A program made the position numbers and the translations under genes. Under the pieces are notes generated by a model that saw only the letters and a program-made list of their open reading frames with translations, did no database searches and was not told where the DNA came from. DNA of 64,000 nt from Bilabrum cf. latius. Its lineage: Eukaryota. The first letter of the stretch is position 1. The number at the start of each line of letters is the position of its first letter. This document shows, in pieces, positions 1-12,228 of the stretch. The stretch is taken from contig OZ237749.1 in assembly GCA_965178125.1 (NCBI GenBank), positions 620,001 through 684,000 on the forward strand, in the 5' to 3' direction.

Positions 1-252
1 CTGTAGCAGGCGCAGCTTGCTTCTTCTCGACTCAACATTCCCCCACTTACTGCCCTGAGTATACTCGCTGGAATCCGAGGTTGAGACCACCAGCCAAACC
101 ACTTCATAATGGCCCAGGGCCTCCGTATCCGATCCAATACATGACTGCTTGTTTCCGTGATTTTTGAAAATTCAGGAGCCTAAAATATCTGTCCATGACC
201 AAACAAAATTTGAACAACATCGGGCCGAGGCTCAACACCACATTTGCCAGCC

Positions 253-3038
253 TCACGAGCTCTCCTTGGCTTGCCCGATGAACTTGGGGTGCCTGTCCAT
301 GTCCGGCATGATGGTGCGGCCAGAGGCCCTATCTCTTCCTAGCGGCATGAGCCTCTTGCCCATGGTCAGGGCAATATCCTCCGGCGTTCTCACGTCGTGG
401 AAGCAATCGAATAGCGCTTGCACCACCGTGTAAATGTTCCGCCTCTTCGGCCCGATGATCTTGGCCGTGTAGTTCTGGAAGCCCCCAAGCTCCATGATGG
501 TCTCGATTGTGTAGTCGCTGCCAGAGGGGATATCGTGACCCGGGCCCCTTGACATGAGCAGCACCTTGATCCCGTTCTTCTTGCCGACCAGGTCGTGGTA
601 CAGCTGCCCGCGCCACGTGCTCACGTGGATCATGTCCTTATGCGCGGCTTCGGTGGCTAGCTGAGTGGCCCTCTCGGCGTCTTCGTGCCTGCCTACGCCG
701 TACCCTATCCCACCCACCCCGTTACCTGCCACTGCAAGGCAGCGGTACGTCACCTCCATTCCACCACGGATTGTCTGCGAGCACGTAAGGAATGAATGTG
801 GGGAGAAGGAAAAGCACCATATCGATTGGCTGGGGAAGCGCGGCACACAAAGGAGTGGGCTAGACTGTTGTAGCATTGGGCAGCAGCAGCAGCAGCCGGC
901 GCAGCGTCCCCCTCATCAAGCCATGCAAAGTTGTCCTCAGGCCGAAGCTCGGAGAAATCTCATGTGTGGAATTTTTGCTGTTCTAATCCTCGGGATCTGC
1001 CGCGCGAAGCTTGCTATGCTGCTGCTTCTTGCTCTCTTGCCTACAAGATCACGAATGCACGCATCTCATAATGGTTCTCACGTTGTGTGTCTGCGACATG
1101 TCCAGCAGTGCCATGTCTGGGCTCAGAAGGGGGCGGTTGGGCATGACCAGCGGCTGCATGTAGAGGCGGTGCAGCTCGCGCCGCTCCACGTCTAGTGCTC
1201 GCTCCTCGGGACGCAGGGTGGGGTCTGGCTTTGGCGCCGTCTTCCGCTCCCCGTCCGATACGAGGTCGTTCTCGCTGTAGATGGCGTCCGACTCGTCAGA
1301 GCCGCGCGTGGGGATAAGGGGCGTGGCCACCTCCTCTATGGCAGCCGGAGAGACCGTGTACAGCGGCCTCGTTCCTTGCATGGGAGCGTCGGCGCCGTAG
1401 TAGTGGGGATCCATGTTGAACTCTGGGTCGTCGGAGGGTCCGTCCTCCGTGCCCGAATCGCTGCCTTCGTGCTCCTCGGCGATCACAGTCGCCATCTTGC
1501 CGTTGCCGGCCGCGTCCAGTCCGCCCACCTACAGGAGTTTCCTCCTCTCCTCGGCGTCTTGCTCGGCGCTGATGCCGCCCCCAAGGCGCTCAACCTGGTC
1601 ACCTTCGTGCGCGTTTCTCTCCCTCCTGGAGAGCCCAGCGAGCTGTTCGCTCCTCCACTGGCGCCTCTCCTCGTCCTCCACGGTACTCGCGCTGCGGCGG
1701 GACGAGCTGCTACTACCCATGGACTGGTAGTCATCGCCATCGGGCTAATCGAAGTCGTCACCGTGCTCGGCAGCGAATCCAGTGTCGGCCTCGGCAGAGG
1801 CATCGTCGCCCCCCTCGCCGTCAAAGCTCGGCAGCACCCCGATACCGCCGCCCCCATCGTCGTTGATCCCATCGCCGTCGTCTGGGTCCTCGTCCGACGA
1901 TGACTCGGAGTCGATAAGGTCGTCGGCAACAAACACGCCGTGTGCGCGAAGGTGCTCTGGTGGTGCAGGCAGTCCATACCGCTCCCACATGGACTCTGGA
2001 AGCACGGTGGCCTCATCGTCCGGGTTGTGGCGCTTTCTCTGCAGGTAAAACTGGTTCCTTTCCCTTGATTTCTCGAACGTTCGCTTCCGCTCCGCAACCT
2101 TGCGAGCGCCCCTGTGCGTCGAGGCGACGGCCGGGGCCATTTCGAGGTTCTGCATGGTTCTGCGGTCGTGAACCTGCATGACCTGGGCCATGGATCGTTC
2201 CACATCGGCTGTCGCGATCATGAGCTCCTCTTGCTCCTCGCGGCGCGCTCGGACTGCCCGAGCAGCGGCGCTGTCACCGAAGCCGAACTTTGCTCCTATT
2301 TCGTCCGAATCCATAGCATCAAGATTCCCGCTGAGATCTTGAAGTTCCCTAAGTTCTTTTCGGCGAGAGACGTTTGCTTTCCCGTGGAAAGCGAATCGCT
2401 CCCCGACGAAGCCATCGCCTCGGCTTGCAGCCAGTCCGTCCCCTGACAGGAGGGCATCAATCTCATCTCTGTCTTCATCAATCCTGTCGAAAGCGCCAGT
2501 CTCCTGAAGAGACCTCAGATACGATTCTGCCTATCTTCGCACGTCTGCTCAAGAATCGAGGGGGTGAGGGACGAGCGAGTAGACTAGGGAGAGGCAGTTG
2601 GCTGCAAGACAAAACCATCGCTCATCGCAGTACGATAAGCTGTGCAGGTACACCCAAAGCCACAATGTCAGCAAGAGGACGTTCTATTCTACCGTTCTGT
2701 TCAAAGCCCATAGGCAGCATGCGAACAGCCTCACTTGACTTGGGACCGCGTCGCTTGCCTCCTCCCTTCCCACCAGACGCAAATCTAACTTGAACGGCAG
2801 CGCAACTCGGCGCAGTAGACCTTGGCTGCAGTTGTGTTCAAAAAGAGGGGCTCAAGAGGGATTTGTGATTTGCGCAATCCCAGAAAAGACAGCTAAGGCA
2901 CACTGACATTACTGCCATGCTGCGATGCACAAAAATCAGTCTAAGCTAGCTCACGAGTAATCTTGCAGCCACAGAACTGGAGTGATTGACAATTGATCTA
3001 ATTACCCTTGCGCATGGTGGAATCACTCTCGACGACAT
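253..3038 (-). CDS. MRPS5: Mitochondrial ribosomal protein uS5m (S5 family) with long acidic N-terminal extension, ~719 aa, 4 exons
   Basis: Exons 3038-2955, 2825-2735, 2544-1082, 774-253 are joined by GT-AG introns, total 2160 nt in frame. The N-terminus resembles a mitochondrial presequence (MSSRVIPPCARVIRSIV...VRFASGGK). The C-terminus is an S5 domain (TIRGGMEVTYRCLAVAGNGVGGIGYGVG...IMELGGFQNYTAKIIG). Three in-frame TAG (2531, 1745, 1529); ends TGA. Confidence 0.85.
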
Positions 3039-3182
3039 AGTCTCGCGGACCTCTTTGTTGTGCCGCTGGTGCGTGCGGTCGGGCAGTCTTGTTTTGTGCT
3101 GAAATTGCACCGTACAACAATCCGAGTCCCAGCAGACCGAGAAGAGTTCAAACAGCGGGCTGCAGGCTGTGCCAAGTTAAAT
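3039..3182. promoter_or_regulatory. Putative bidirectional promoter between divergent uS5m and PRORP genes
   Basis: Only 144 bp separate the two divergent ATGs (3038 minus, 3183 plus). Inferred from geometry only. Confidence 0.45.
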
Positions 3183-6100
3183 ATGAACGATCCCTCGAAT
3201 CAGCCTGCTGCTAAGCGAGCTCGTACCGACCTTAAGGGGCCTACAGGTGACGGAAAATAGCGTAAAGATGTGAGCTTCAGTTTTGGTGCACGAGCACTGT
3301 GTCGGCGGCAGCAGGACGCTTCCATCGTAGAATACTCTGAGTCACTGTTATTGTCTACTATCGGCGGTCTTTGCTAGTCCTTGGAAGCTTTTCCGCGTGA
3401 TTGCCTCGAAGTAGCCACTGCAGGTTAGCAAGCGGCGGCAAAAGCGAAAGGATCCTCCACAACAAAAGCTTCGGCGCGATATTTAGGCGTGCCTTGAAGT
3501 AAATGATGCGCGCATGGCACTGGCACTCTTCAATGCTGCTTCAAAGCGCCCGAAGTAGTTCCCCTCAAGCGCGCACGTGACAACCATGGTCCTGAAGACG
3601 TGCGTCCGGTATCTGGAGACCGCACATGCCGGGGGGGAGATCGCATCAGTTGATAGAAGCAAGCTTAAGTCTGGCCTTGTCGACTTCGATGAGCTGGCGA
3701 GTGACCTCGCCGCTTCCGAGGCGGAGGCTGTGGTGCCGCCCAGCCTACCTGCTGCGGCCGGTGGCTAGCCAGGTGAAGCGGAACCAGCGATCAATCTGGG
3801 GCTGCACCCGGCTTCCGCAACGAGGCCTCCCTCATCATGGATTAATCAGCAAAGCGAAACATCCGCCGCAGGGCGCATGCAAGCCCCTGGCCACGCTGCT
3901 GGCTTGGGCCCACTCACTCCGTCCAAGTAGGCCTCGGCTGGCGCTGCATCCTCGATAGGTAGCCCCAGCGCCATCCGCATCACAATGAAGAGCGTGCGGA
4001 GAGCTTTCGATGCGTGGCTTGCCGACCCAGCCACGCAGTCGCAGCTAGCCCAGGCTGAACAGGCCATGCGTGAAGGGCTCTCGGCTTCGCAAGTCTATGG
4101 TGCATCAACTGCCGGGAGAAGCCGGGCGGCGGGTGCAGTGCCCGACGCGCTAAAGCAGCACAAAGCCAGAAAGCACTAGTAGCGACTGGAGCAGTACTAG
4201 CACCAGCAGCGTTAGAAAAAGAGAGATTGGCAGAAGCGGTTGCATGCAAAAGGCAAGGGTACTGCTGGCAAGGAGGAGGAGCAGGAGCCGGCAGGTGCGC
4301 TCGGTGGCGGCAGCGTGGCAGGAGACGTCGGTCGTGGTGCGGATGAGCCCAGCGAAGAGCAGGCTAGGATTGCAGCAGAAGCGGCCAAGGTCAAAGCTCT
4401 GGCAGATTCCATGAAGAAGGTCGAGTCGGTGTTCTCCATGTTCATCCAGTGCTGCTGCCTGCTTGGCCGCTCGGACGAGGCCCAGGACGCGCTCGCCACC
4501 ATGCTGGAGAGAGGCGTGCCCACCAAGCTGAGGACCTACCTTCCCATCCTGAAGCGGGGCTGCGAGGACGGAGACGTGGTGCTCTGCGCGCACATGCATG
4601 GCGTGATGCTGCATGAGGGCCTGCACCCCGGCAACGAAGAGTACGCTGCGCTGATCAGGTCCTACCTTCAGACGGCCTGGACAGAGAACAGGCACCTGCT
4701 ACCACTCAAGGTGCTGCCGTGCAACGGCAGGCGGGGGGAAGCGAGGCGTACGATGACCAACAGGATCAAAGCGGCCCTATTGCGGCGCTGGTCTACGCAC
4801 CATGGCGGGGGCGTGAGGTCAGAATTGGCATCCCTCGCGGGCTCTGCTCGCGATAGCGTGCGGGCGCAGCCCCCCGTGCACGGTACAACCGGCGGTTCTA
4901 TGGAGCGGCCGTCTTCGAGGACGTCGTATCAGCTGCAGCCATACGAGTTCATGCAAGGCCACGGGGTGCGTCGGTTGCCCAGCGATGCCTCTGACATCGA
5001 AGGCATGTCGGGATCTGTCACTGCCCTCCCGAGCTAGACAGGTCGTCCCCTGCCTGTCACCAGTCGCACACCCTCGAATGCTTCTCTGGACGGAGTACAG
5101 CCGTCAAAATGGCTCACGGCTGCCACACGGTCGGGCGCGGTGGGGGACGGCTCGCCGCAGCTCACCCCGATCGTCACCCCCTTGCTTGGTGCGGATCGAG
5201 GAGGCGACAGTTCCTCGGCTACAGCCCCCAAGTTGAGCGACTTGGTGATTCCTGGCACGCGAGGCGCCGGGCGTTCTGTCGCGGCAGACAAGCTCACATC
5301 CCAGGCAACTGTGGGGTCTGGTCGGCAGCCGGCTCGGGGGGGTGTGGGAGCCGCTCTGACACCATCTGCATCCGCAGCTAGTCTCACACCGTCGATTGGG
5401 AGCTCAGGTGACTCTCCAACGAAGCTGAAGCACACAGCCGAGCAAGGTGCGAACGCGGGAAACATCAGCTAGAAAAAGGCAGCGGGAGCGGACTCCACCA
5501 GCAGCCTTTCGGCCGCGGGAGCGCATGGGTCTGAAGCGAGGGGTCAGGCTCGACTTGACAGTGGCGCTGCTAGCGAGCTGCGGGTCTCTATTCCAAAAGC
5601 AGGACGTCTGCGTGATGAAGGTCTAGATGCAGTCCATAGGGCAGCAAGCAGCGGCACCACTGCCGCACTGGCCGGCAGCTCTGTGACGAACTGGGCCCGG
5701 GTGGACAGCGGGCCAACGGTGCTGCATTCTAGCAGCCCTTCCAAGCTGCTGCGTGCGGGCATGCCGCAGCCATCCACGCCCATCGTGGGGGCGGGGTTGC
5801 TTGCCCCAGGTGGGATCGGGGCAGGTACGCACAGGCGCCAGCGCCCCCACTTTTCAGATACTGCAAGCGTGGGCAGCTCCACTTGGAAGAACTCGATGGG
5901 TCTGCGCCGATCAGCAGCGCGCAGATGGGGAGGACCCCTGCCGCCGCTGCTGCGATGGTGCCTGACCCAGCTTGCATCCGACGTGCAGGTGGTCGGTGAA
6001 TCCCTGGCCATGGCATTGCAGGAGGTCTTCCGCGCCCCTGTGCTGCGTTCGGCTGGGTGGAGGGTGGGACGGGCCGTGGTAGGTCCAGATGCGCAGTGCC

Positions 6101-8964
6101 AGCTTTCTCACAGGAAGCTCCGCAGCCTCGATCTTTCGTACCATGAGCTGAGGCAGCTCGCCGACTGGGCCAGCAGCCTGGCGTGCCGGACCGCCAGGCA
6201 GAAAGCAGCGTTCGAGCAGTTCCGGTCGTGGCTGCAGACCAACGGAGCCTACGACGTCATCATTGACGGGGCTAACGTTGCGTTCTGCAATTAGAACTTC
6301 AGGGGTGGCGCGTTCTCGCACGCCCAGATCGATGAGGTGGTCAGGCACTTCGAGAGCGAGGGCAGGAGGCCCCTCCTCGTCCTGCACGAGCGGTGGCTGA
6401 AGCCAGAGACGAACCTGGCGGTGCATCGCACCAAGAACTACAGGCAGAGCAGGAAAAAGGCACATTCTGAGAACAGGCAGCGTTTCGACAAGCAGCTGGA
6501 CGGAGGCGACCTGCCTGAAGCCACAGGGATCACGCTGCCCGGGCAGGGAGGACCTGCCGACTCTGCCTCGGACAGCACTCGAGCCAGCGCCCCGGCCCCC
6601 CCTGTGCTCGGCACGAAGCGCACCCGCGAGCAGCACGAGGCTGCGTCTGACGCTTCAGGGTCTGCCCCTGCAGTCGGTAGCGAACAGGCCGCCGTGCAAG
6701 GCAGCGGGGCCAGCGACTCGGCCAAGGGCGAGATGCAAGACAGCGCGGCCGTGGAATCACACAGCGACAGCGACTCGGACCACTCGGATGGTGACGATGA
6801 TGATGACGACGATGATGATGATACCGCGAGCGTTAGTCTGGAGCGGCGGCAGCAGCGGGAAATGAACAGGTGCATCCGGCGCTGGCGGAGCGTGCCCGGC
6901 CTGCTCTACGCCGTGCCCCAAGGGAACAATGATGACTGGTTCTGGCTGTATGCTGGCGTGACCCAAGGTGGTGCCACTCTCATCGAGGAGGCAGAGCACG
7001 CCGAGCGGCAGAGGCGCATGCGCCAGCACTAGGAAGAATCGACTCCATCGGTGCGGTCTGGCGGTGGTGCCGGGAATTCGGGTAGCCGACCGCACGACGC
7101 TGGCAGAACCAGTGCCTCGCTGCCTCCACCCCCTCCCGTATCGTCGGTTGGAAGCATTGCAAGCAAGCTTGCCGCTACGTCCGCTGAAGCGATGCCTTCA
7201 CCTCGCGCTGGGACAGGCATGGCCGCCCCAGGCCCGCCCAACCCGATGAGAGGGGCAGCCGATGCTCAGGTCAGATCTGCCTCAGCCGCTGCAAGGTCTT
7301 CCAAGCCAGGGAACAAGGTGGCCACACGGCCACAGCCGGTGCGCCAGCCGCAGATGGACAGTGATGTGATCCCAGCTGCAGCTGCGCCAGCTGCGAGTGC
7401 CTCCTCGGGGATCGATGCGACGGCTGGGAAGCTGGTTACCTCGGGATCAAAAGGCGCGTTTTCGTACTCCTCCTCCTCCTCGTCCTCTGCGTCCGCGTCT
7501 GCGTCGGCGACGATTGGGCAGCAGCAGCAACAGGTCCCCGCCCCTGCCATCCGCCGGCCGCCGCTGGCCCATCGCGCTTCCTCGGCGACTTCGGCAGCGG
7601 CCACAGACGGCAGCGTGGACGTCCACAAGCAGGGCCAGGAGCAGATGATGAGATCACCGGTGGCTCTGTCCGCCGGAGACAGCCCCAACATGGGGTCTGT
7701 TAGTGAGGCGAGATACGGGCACGCCGACGATGTGGCCAGGCTGGAGCTCGGTGCCGCGCCTCCAGGCAGGAGCGGAGTGGACTCTGCAGGCATAGAGGGC
7801 GGTTCCTTCGGTTCTGGTCCAGCGGGCGCGTATGGAAACGATCGACGGGCCGACACGCCGGCATCCGTCGTGTCTGGCGTGTCTCTAAACCTGCCTACAC
7901 ACTCGGCGACCCGCAGCGGCGCCAGGTCCATGGCGGCTGGCCATGGGCCTGCCAGCGTGCCTGCGGGTCCAGGTAGCGCAGCAGGCTCGATGGTCGCGAG
8001 CGTGGGCGGAGGTGGTGCCGCCCCGGGGACAGTGGGACGCGAGAGCTCTGCCGCAAGCGCTTCCGGGGCACTAGGTGACGTGGGTGCTGCCTCTGTTGAC
8101 ATATCGAGCCAGCTGGGAATGGACGCTCCGCTGCTGCCTGCAGGGTCTGGAGCACGGAGCAGCGGTAGCGGTGGTGGTGGTGGTGGTGGTGGTATGCTGC
8201 CACCTGCCGATGCGGGTCCAGGGGGAAGAATGGAGAGGCACTCAATCGATGGAGAACCCGTGGAGCATGGCAGGCATGGCGACAGCCTAAGGCGTGGGCA
8301 GTGGCTCCCTGCCCGCGGCGCACACCGGGGTCGGCAGCAGCAGCCAGGTCGGCAGGAAGCGGGCCGCAACCTCCTGCTAGGCTCTTCCGCCCCCTCGGAC
8401 TCCCATGGTGTGTCCGTTCCGGGGATGCCGGGGCGCTTGAAGGCCCCGTGGGCGGGGTCTTATTCGTCACACCAGATGAGCACAGGCATGCACCTGCAGC
8501 AGCCGTCACCCAGGAGCGCTTCCCCTAGGAGCGTGCTGTCAGCCGCGAGTGCAGGAGGGGCTTCGGACCGAGCTGCGATCGACCGGTTCCTTCCGCAGCG
8601 GGGTGGATTGGGCGCATCCGAGCACTCGGGAGGCGGCCGGACTCTGGTGGTGTCCAACGACCAGATGAGGGACCACACGTTCATGATCCTGGAGCAGAAG
8701 CTCTTTTTGCTGTGGAGAGAGAGACACCAGGTGTCGTTCCGGTTCGACGATTTCGGGCGGTCCTATGGCGGTGCTCCCAGCCGCAACCTGACGCTGACGT
8801 ACCCGAAGATTTACTCCCACAGGTCGCAGCAGTCGAGGGACGGCATGGCGTGGTTCTTTCCCATCTCCGGGACGGCGAGCCGGTGGGTGTCTGCTTGGGT
8901 GGATCCCCAGGCAGAGGAGGAGGACGTGGATCAGATTCCAGCTGGGGTGGGCGGTGGTATGTAA
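3183..8964 (+). CDS. PRORP: Protein-only RNase P (PRORP; PPR-like repeats + NYN metallonuclease), ~1875 aa, probably nuclear
   Basis: Exon 3183-3269, intron 3270-3423, then one frame to TAA 8962-8964 with 13 TAG in total. PPR-like segment (ALATMLERGVPTKLRTYLPIL). NYN motifs YDVIIDGANVAFCN[TAG]NF, LLVLHERW, PQGNNDDWFWLYA, LVVSNDQMRDH, WRERHQV. NLS-like PAAKRAR and KRRQKRK at the N-terminus. Confidence 0.9.
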
Positions 8965-9118
8965 GGCAGTGCACAGCTCAACGAGCGTAAAAGGATGCGG
9001 ACGAGCGTCGTTCGGCGAGGACTCCGGCTGTGCATTGCAGTTCCGGTTTGGGCCTTACCGTGACGCGCAACATGAAGTTGCTGAAACGTCGAGATTCTTT
9101 GGCTAGTGGACATAGAAA

Positions 9119-11660
9119 ATGCTATCAGCTTCGGTCTTGATTACGCTGTGCGGTCTCGGAACTGTTGCCACAACCGCAGCCTCAACCAAGCCGAACATTG
9201 TCATGATCATTGCTGGTGCGTAAGCCGCTCACAAGATCGCAGCATTTCTGACTTCCCGATTTTTACAATCTTAGACTGGTAGCCTGCTCCCAAATAATAT
9301 CGCAGATGATCTTGGCTGGTTCGATGTGGGCTGGCACGGTAACACGATCATTCGAACCCCGTACATGGACTCTCTCGTGAAGGATAGCCTCACACTGCAC
9401 AGAAGCTACACGTACAAGTACTGCTGTAAGAATGTTGTTTTTGCAATTTCTTGCTTCCTTTGATTGCTTCATTGGAGTTGGTCTCATTGTGCTGTCTCAC
9501 ATCCGGATCGCAGCGCCGACTCGCCGCAGCTTCCTCTCTGGTAGGCTGCCACCACACAGCGGCACGGACAACAGTCCCCAGGCCGCCATTGATTCTCGCT
9601 ACACAACCGTTGCCGAAAAGCTGAAGTCTGCCGGTTATGCCACCGGTCAGGCTGGGAAGTGGTGAGAGTTGCTCTACTACCTTGCTCTGGATTTAAGGAG
9701 GCAACGTACCGCTGTGCCCACCTTGACTACGGGCGGTAGAATCATTCATCCCTCCCACTGACTATGCAGGCATTGTGGCCACTGGTTGACGAAGCAGCAG
9801 CCCACGGGCAGGGGCTTCGACCACTCGCTCGGATACATGCAGGTAAGCAGGCAGGCTGGCCGGTAGGGAGTGGAACCTTCAAGAGGAACCTTCAAGAAGA
9901 GAAGCACACGTGCTTGTAGGCGCTGCGGGCGAACCGCTAGATGCTGCTTTCAGCGGTGTCACGGCACCATGTGCCGATCCTCTCACGCAGCGTCGTGATT
10001 GTGAAGCTAGGCAGCACACGTTGGTTGCATCGGCCGCACTGCCTCAGCACCTCGCATAGACTGAGCACCCTACATTAGTCTTCATTCACCGCAGGGCATG
10101 GAGGACCACTACACGCAGCGGTTCAAGGAGTGCAACCACTCGGTAGACCTGTGGGACTCCTTCCAGCCAGCGCTCGGCATGAACGGGACCTTCGGAGACT
10201 ACATGTACGTCGGCCGGGCCGTAGATACGATCCAGCAGCATGACCAGAGCCAGCCCCTGTTCTTCTACCTGGCCCTGCAGGTGAGAGAACACGAGTGCAG
10301 ATTCGCGAGGACACAGACCTTGCTGCTGCTGCATCCTAGTCATCCTTCTGTTCATCCGAGTCATCCTTCTGTTCATCCGAGTCATCCTTCTGTTCATCCG
10401 AGTCATCCTTCTGTTCATCCGAGTCATCCTTCTGTTCATGTGCATCTTTCGCCTCGTACTAGGCAAGCCATACTGACCATGACATTGATCATGTTGAACA
10501 CAGCGACGAAGCTGCTCTTTCTTGTCTATGCATCACTGCAGGTGGCCCACGATCCCGTCGAGTCGCCTCAGCGATTTCAGGACGAGTACGACCCAAGCAC
10601 GTGTCCTGACGTAGGGCAGTACGCCATGAATGCAGTCGTCGATGAAGCCGTTAAGAACGTCACAGAGGCCTTGAAGGCCAAAGGCATGTGGGAAAACACT
10701 CTTCTGGTGAGAAATATTGTGGATTACTTTGTACGGCAGACGCTTGGTTTATCGCCACCATGCCTTTGCAACTCGCGGGCTCCACCGCCACGACCGTCAT
10801 GTGGCGGCTTCAAAAGGTATGCCCTGCTTGCCTTCCTGCGTCAACGATCATCCGTGCAGGTGTTCACCAGTGACAACGGTGGCCCGGCCTTCTCGGACCA
10901 GCACGCTGCCTCCAACTTCCCGATGGTGAGTCTGTGCTTGCGGGCATGATGCTTTGTCGCGCAACCACATTCATACACATCATAGCGTAGTAGAGATCGG
11001 ATCTGCACTTTTAGACTGACAATCCTATTACCGCACTACCACTTGCAGCGCGGGGGCAAGTACAGCAGCTGGGAGGGCGGAGTGCGGTCGGCTTCCTTCG
11101 TGAGCGGCGGCGTGCTGCCAGCGAGCCGCCGAGGGCAGAACGAGAGCAGGCTCGTGCACATCACCGACTGGTACTCTACCTTTTGCCACCTCGCCGGTGT
11201 GGATCCTTCCGACAGTCACCCGGGTGTTCCTGACATCGATGCTGTGAACCAATGGCCAGTCATCTCGGGTGAATCCACCGAGCCTGCTCGCACAGAGGTG
11301 TTCACGGTGGAGAACATGCTGATCCAGAACGACTGGAAGATCCTTCAGGGCGAGAAGGATCTGGGCGACGCGAGGTGGTCAGGTCCGCTGTACCCTAAAG
11401 TGCCCGCAACAGGCGACAAGGTGCAAGACTGCAGCCAGGGCTGCCTCTACAACATCTCTGCGGATGCCGGCGAGCACAACGACCTCAGCAAGGAGTACCC
11501 TGCCGTCACAAAGCAGATGCTTGCCAGGCTTGCCCAGCTGCAACAGACCGTTTGGAAGCCGACGTACCCGAACGTGACCCAGGAAGAAGTGTGCGATACG
11601 AGCGCCCGCTACGGTCACGGCTTCGTGACCCCAGCTGACTACAAGCCTTCAGGACTCTGA
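9119..11660 (+). CDS. Secreted/lysosomal arylsulfatase (ARSB-like, formylglycine-dependent sulfatase), 8 exons
   Basis: Signal peptide, then KPNIVMIIADDLGW, the CSPTRRSFLSGR (CxPxR) motif, GKWH, VFTSDNGG and NFPMRGGKYSSWEGGVR. Introns 9216-9305, 9426-9513, 9662-9769, 9843-10094, 10281-10541, 10707-10859, 10926-11048. No TAG seen; ends TGA. Confidence 0.92.
10338..10439. repeat. Intronic 21-bp minisatellite (AGTCATCCTTCTGTTCATCCG) x ~5
   Basis: Directly visible tandem copies inside sulfatase intron 10281-10541. Confidence 0.95.
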
Positions 11661-12228
11661 AGCCCTTTCCTCTTGAAGCCCTCGCCTCTTGGTGGTTATC
11701 AGAGGCGGTGACAAGCAGGCTAAGGAGCAAGCAAATGGAGTGTGCTATTATTTGCGTGTTTGATGCTTGATGTTCCAGCCGGCCCAGATGATTCGTTTGT
11801 CCAACGGACCGTCTGGATTCCGCTTGCCTACTGGGCGGTCGAGGGCTCAAGCGGGGGGTCCTTGAACGTGAAATGGGGTGTGCGCGACACATTTCATTTT
11901 TGTGGACTTATTGGGATGTTTAGAATACACGCAGGACTTGGCGCTCAGGCAATCCAACAACTTGATCACACCAGAGCGCCCAGAGCATGGCAACTGCCTG
12001 CCACACGCGAGCCTAGTCCACCAAATCTCTACCCCTAAGGCTGTCCCAACAGCCGCCCGGCAGGCTGCCCCGACCTCCGAGGCCTAGCATCCCGCGCGGA
12101 ACCGCAATCGGCTACACGCAAACGTAGACAGGTCAGGGGCAGATGCTCTTGGCAGGCCCGGAAGAGCCCGTGGGTCGATCCAATGCTAGGCTCAGCTCCG
12201 AGGCTCTCTCACTCCCACCTGCGTATGC

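Noticed and set aside
1-160. Possible first exon of a minus-strand gene (GTAAGT donor near 50)
   Set aside because: Too short and truncated by the window edge to support a call.
10338-10439. CRISPR-like array or HPSV coding repeat
   Set aside because: Contiguous tandem units without spacers, lying inside a GT-AG intron of a eukaryotic gene.
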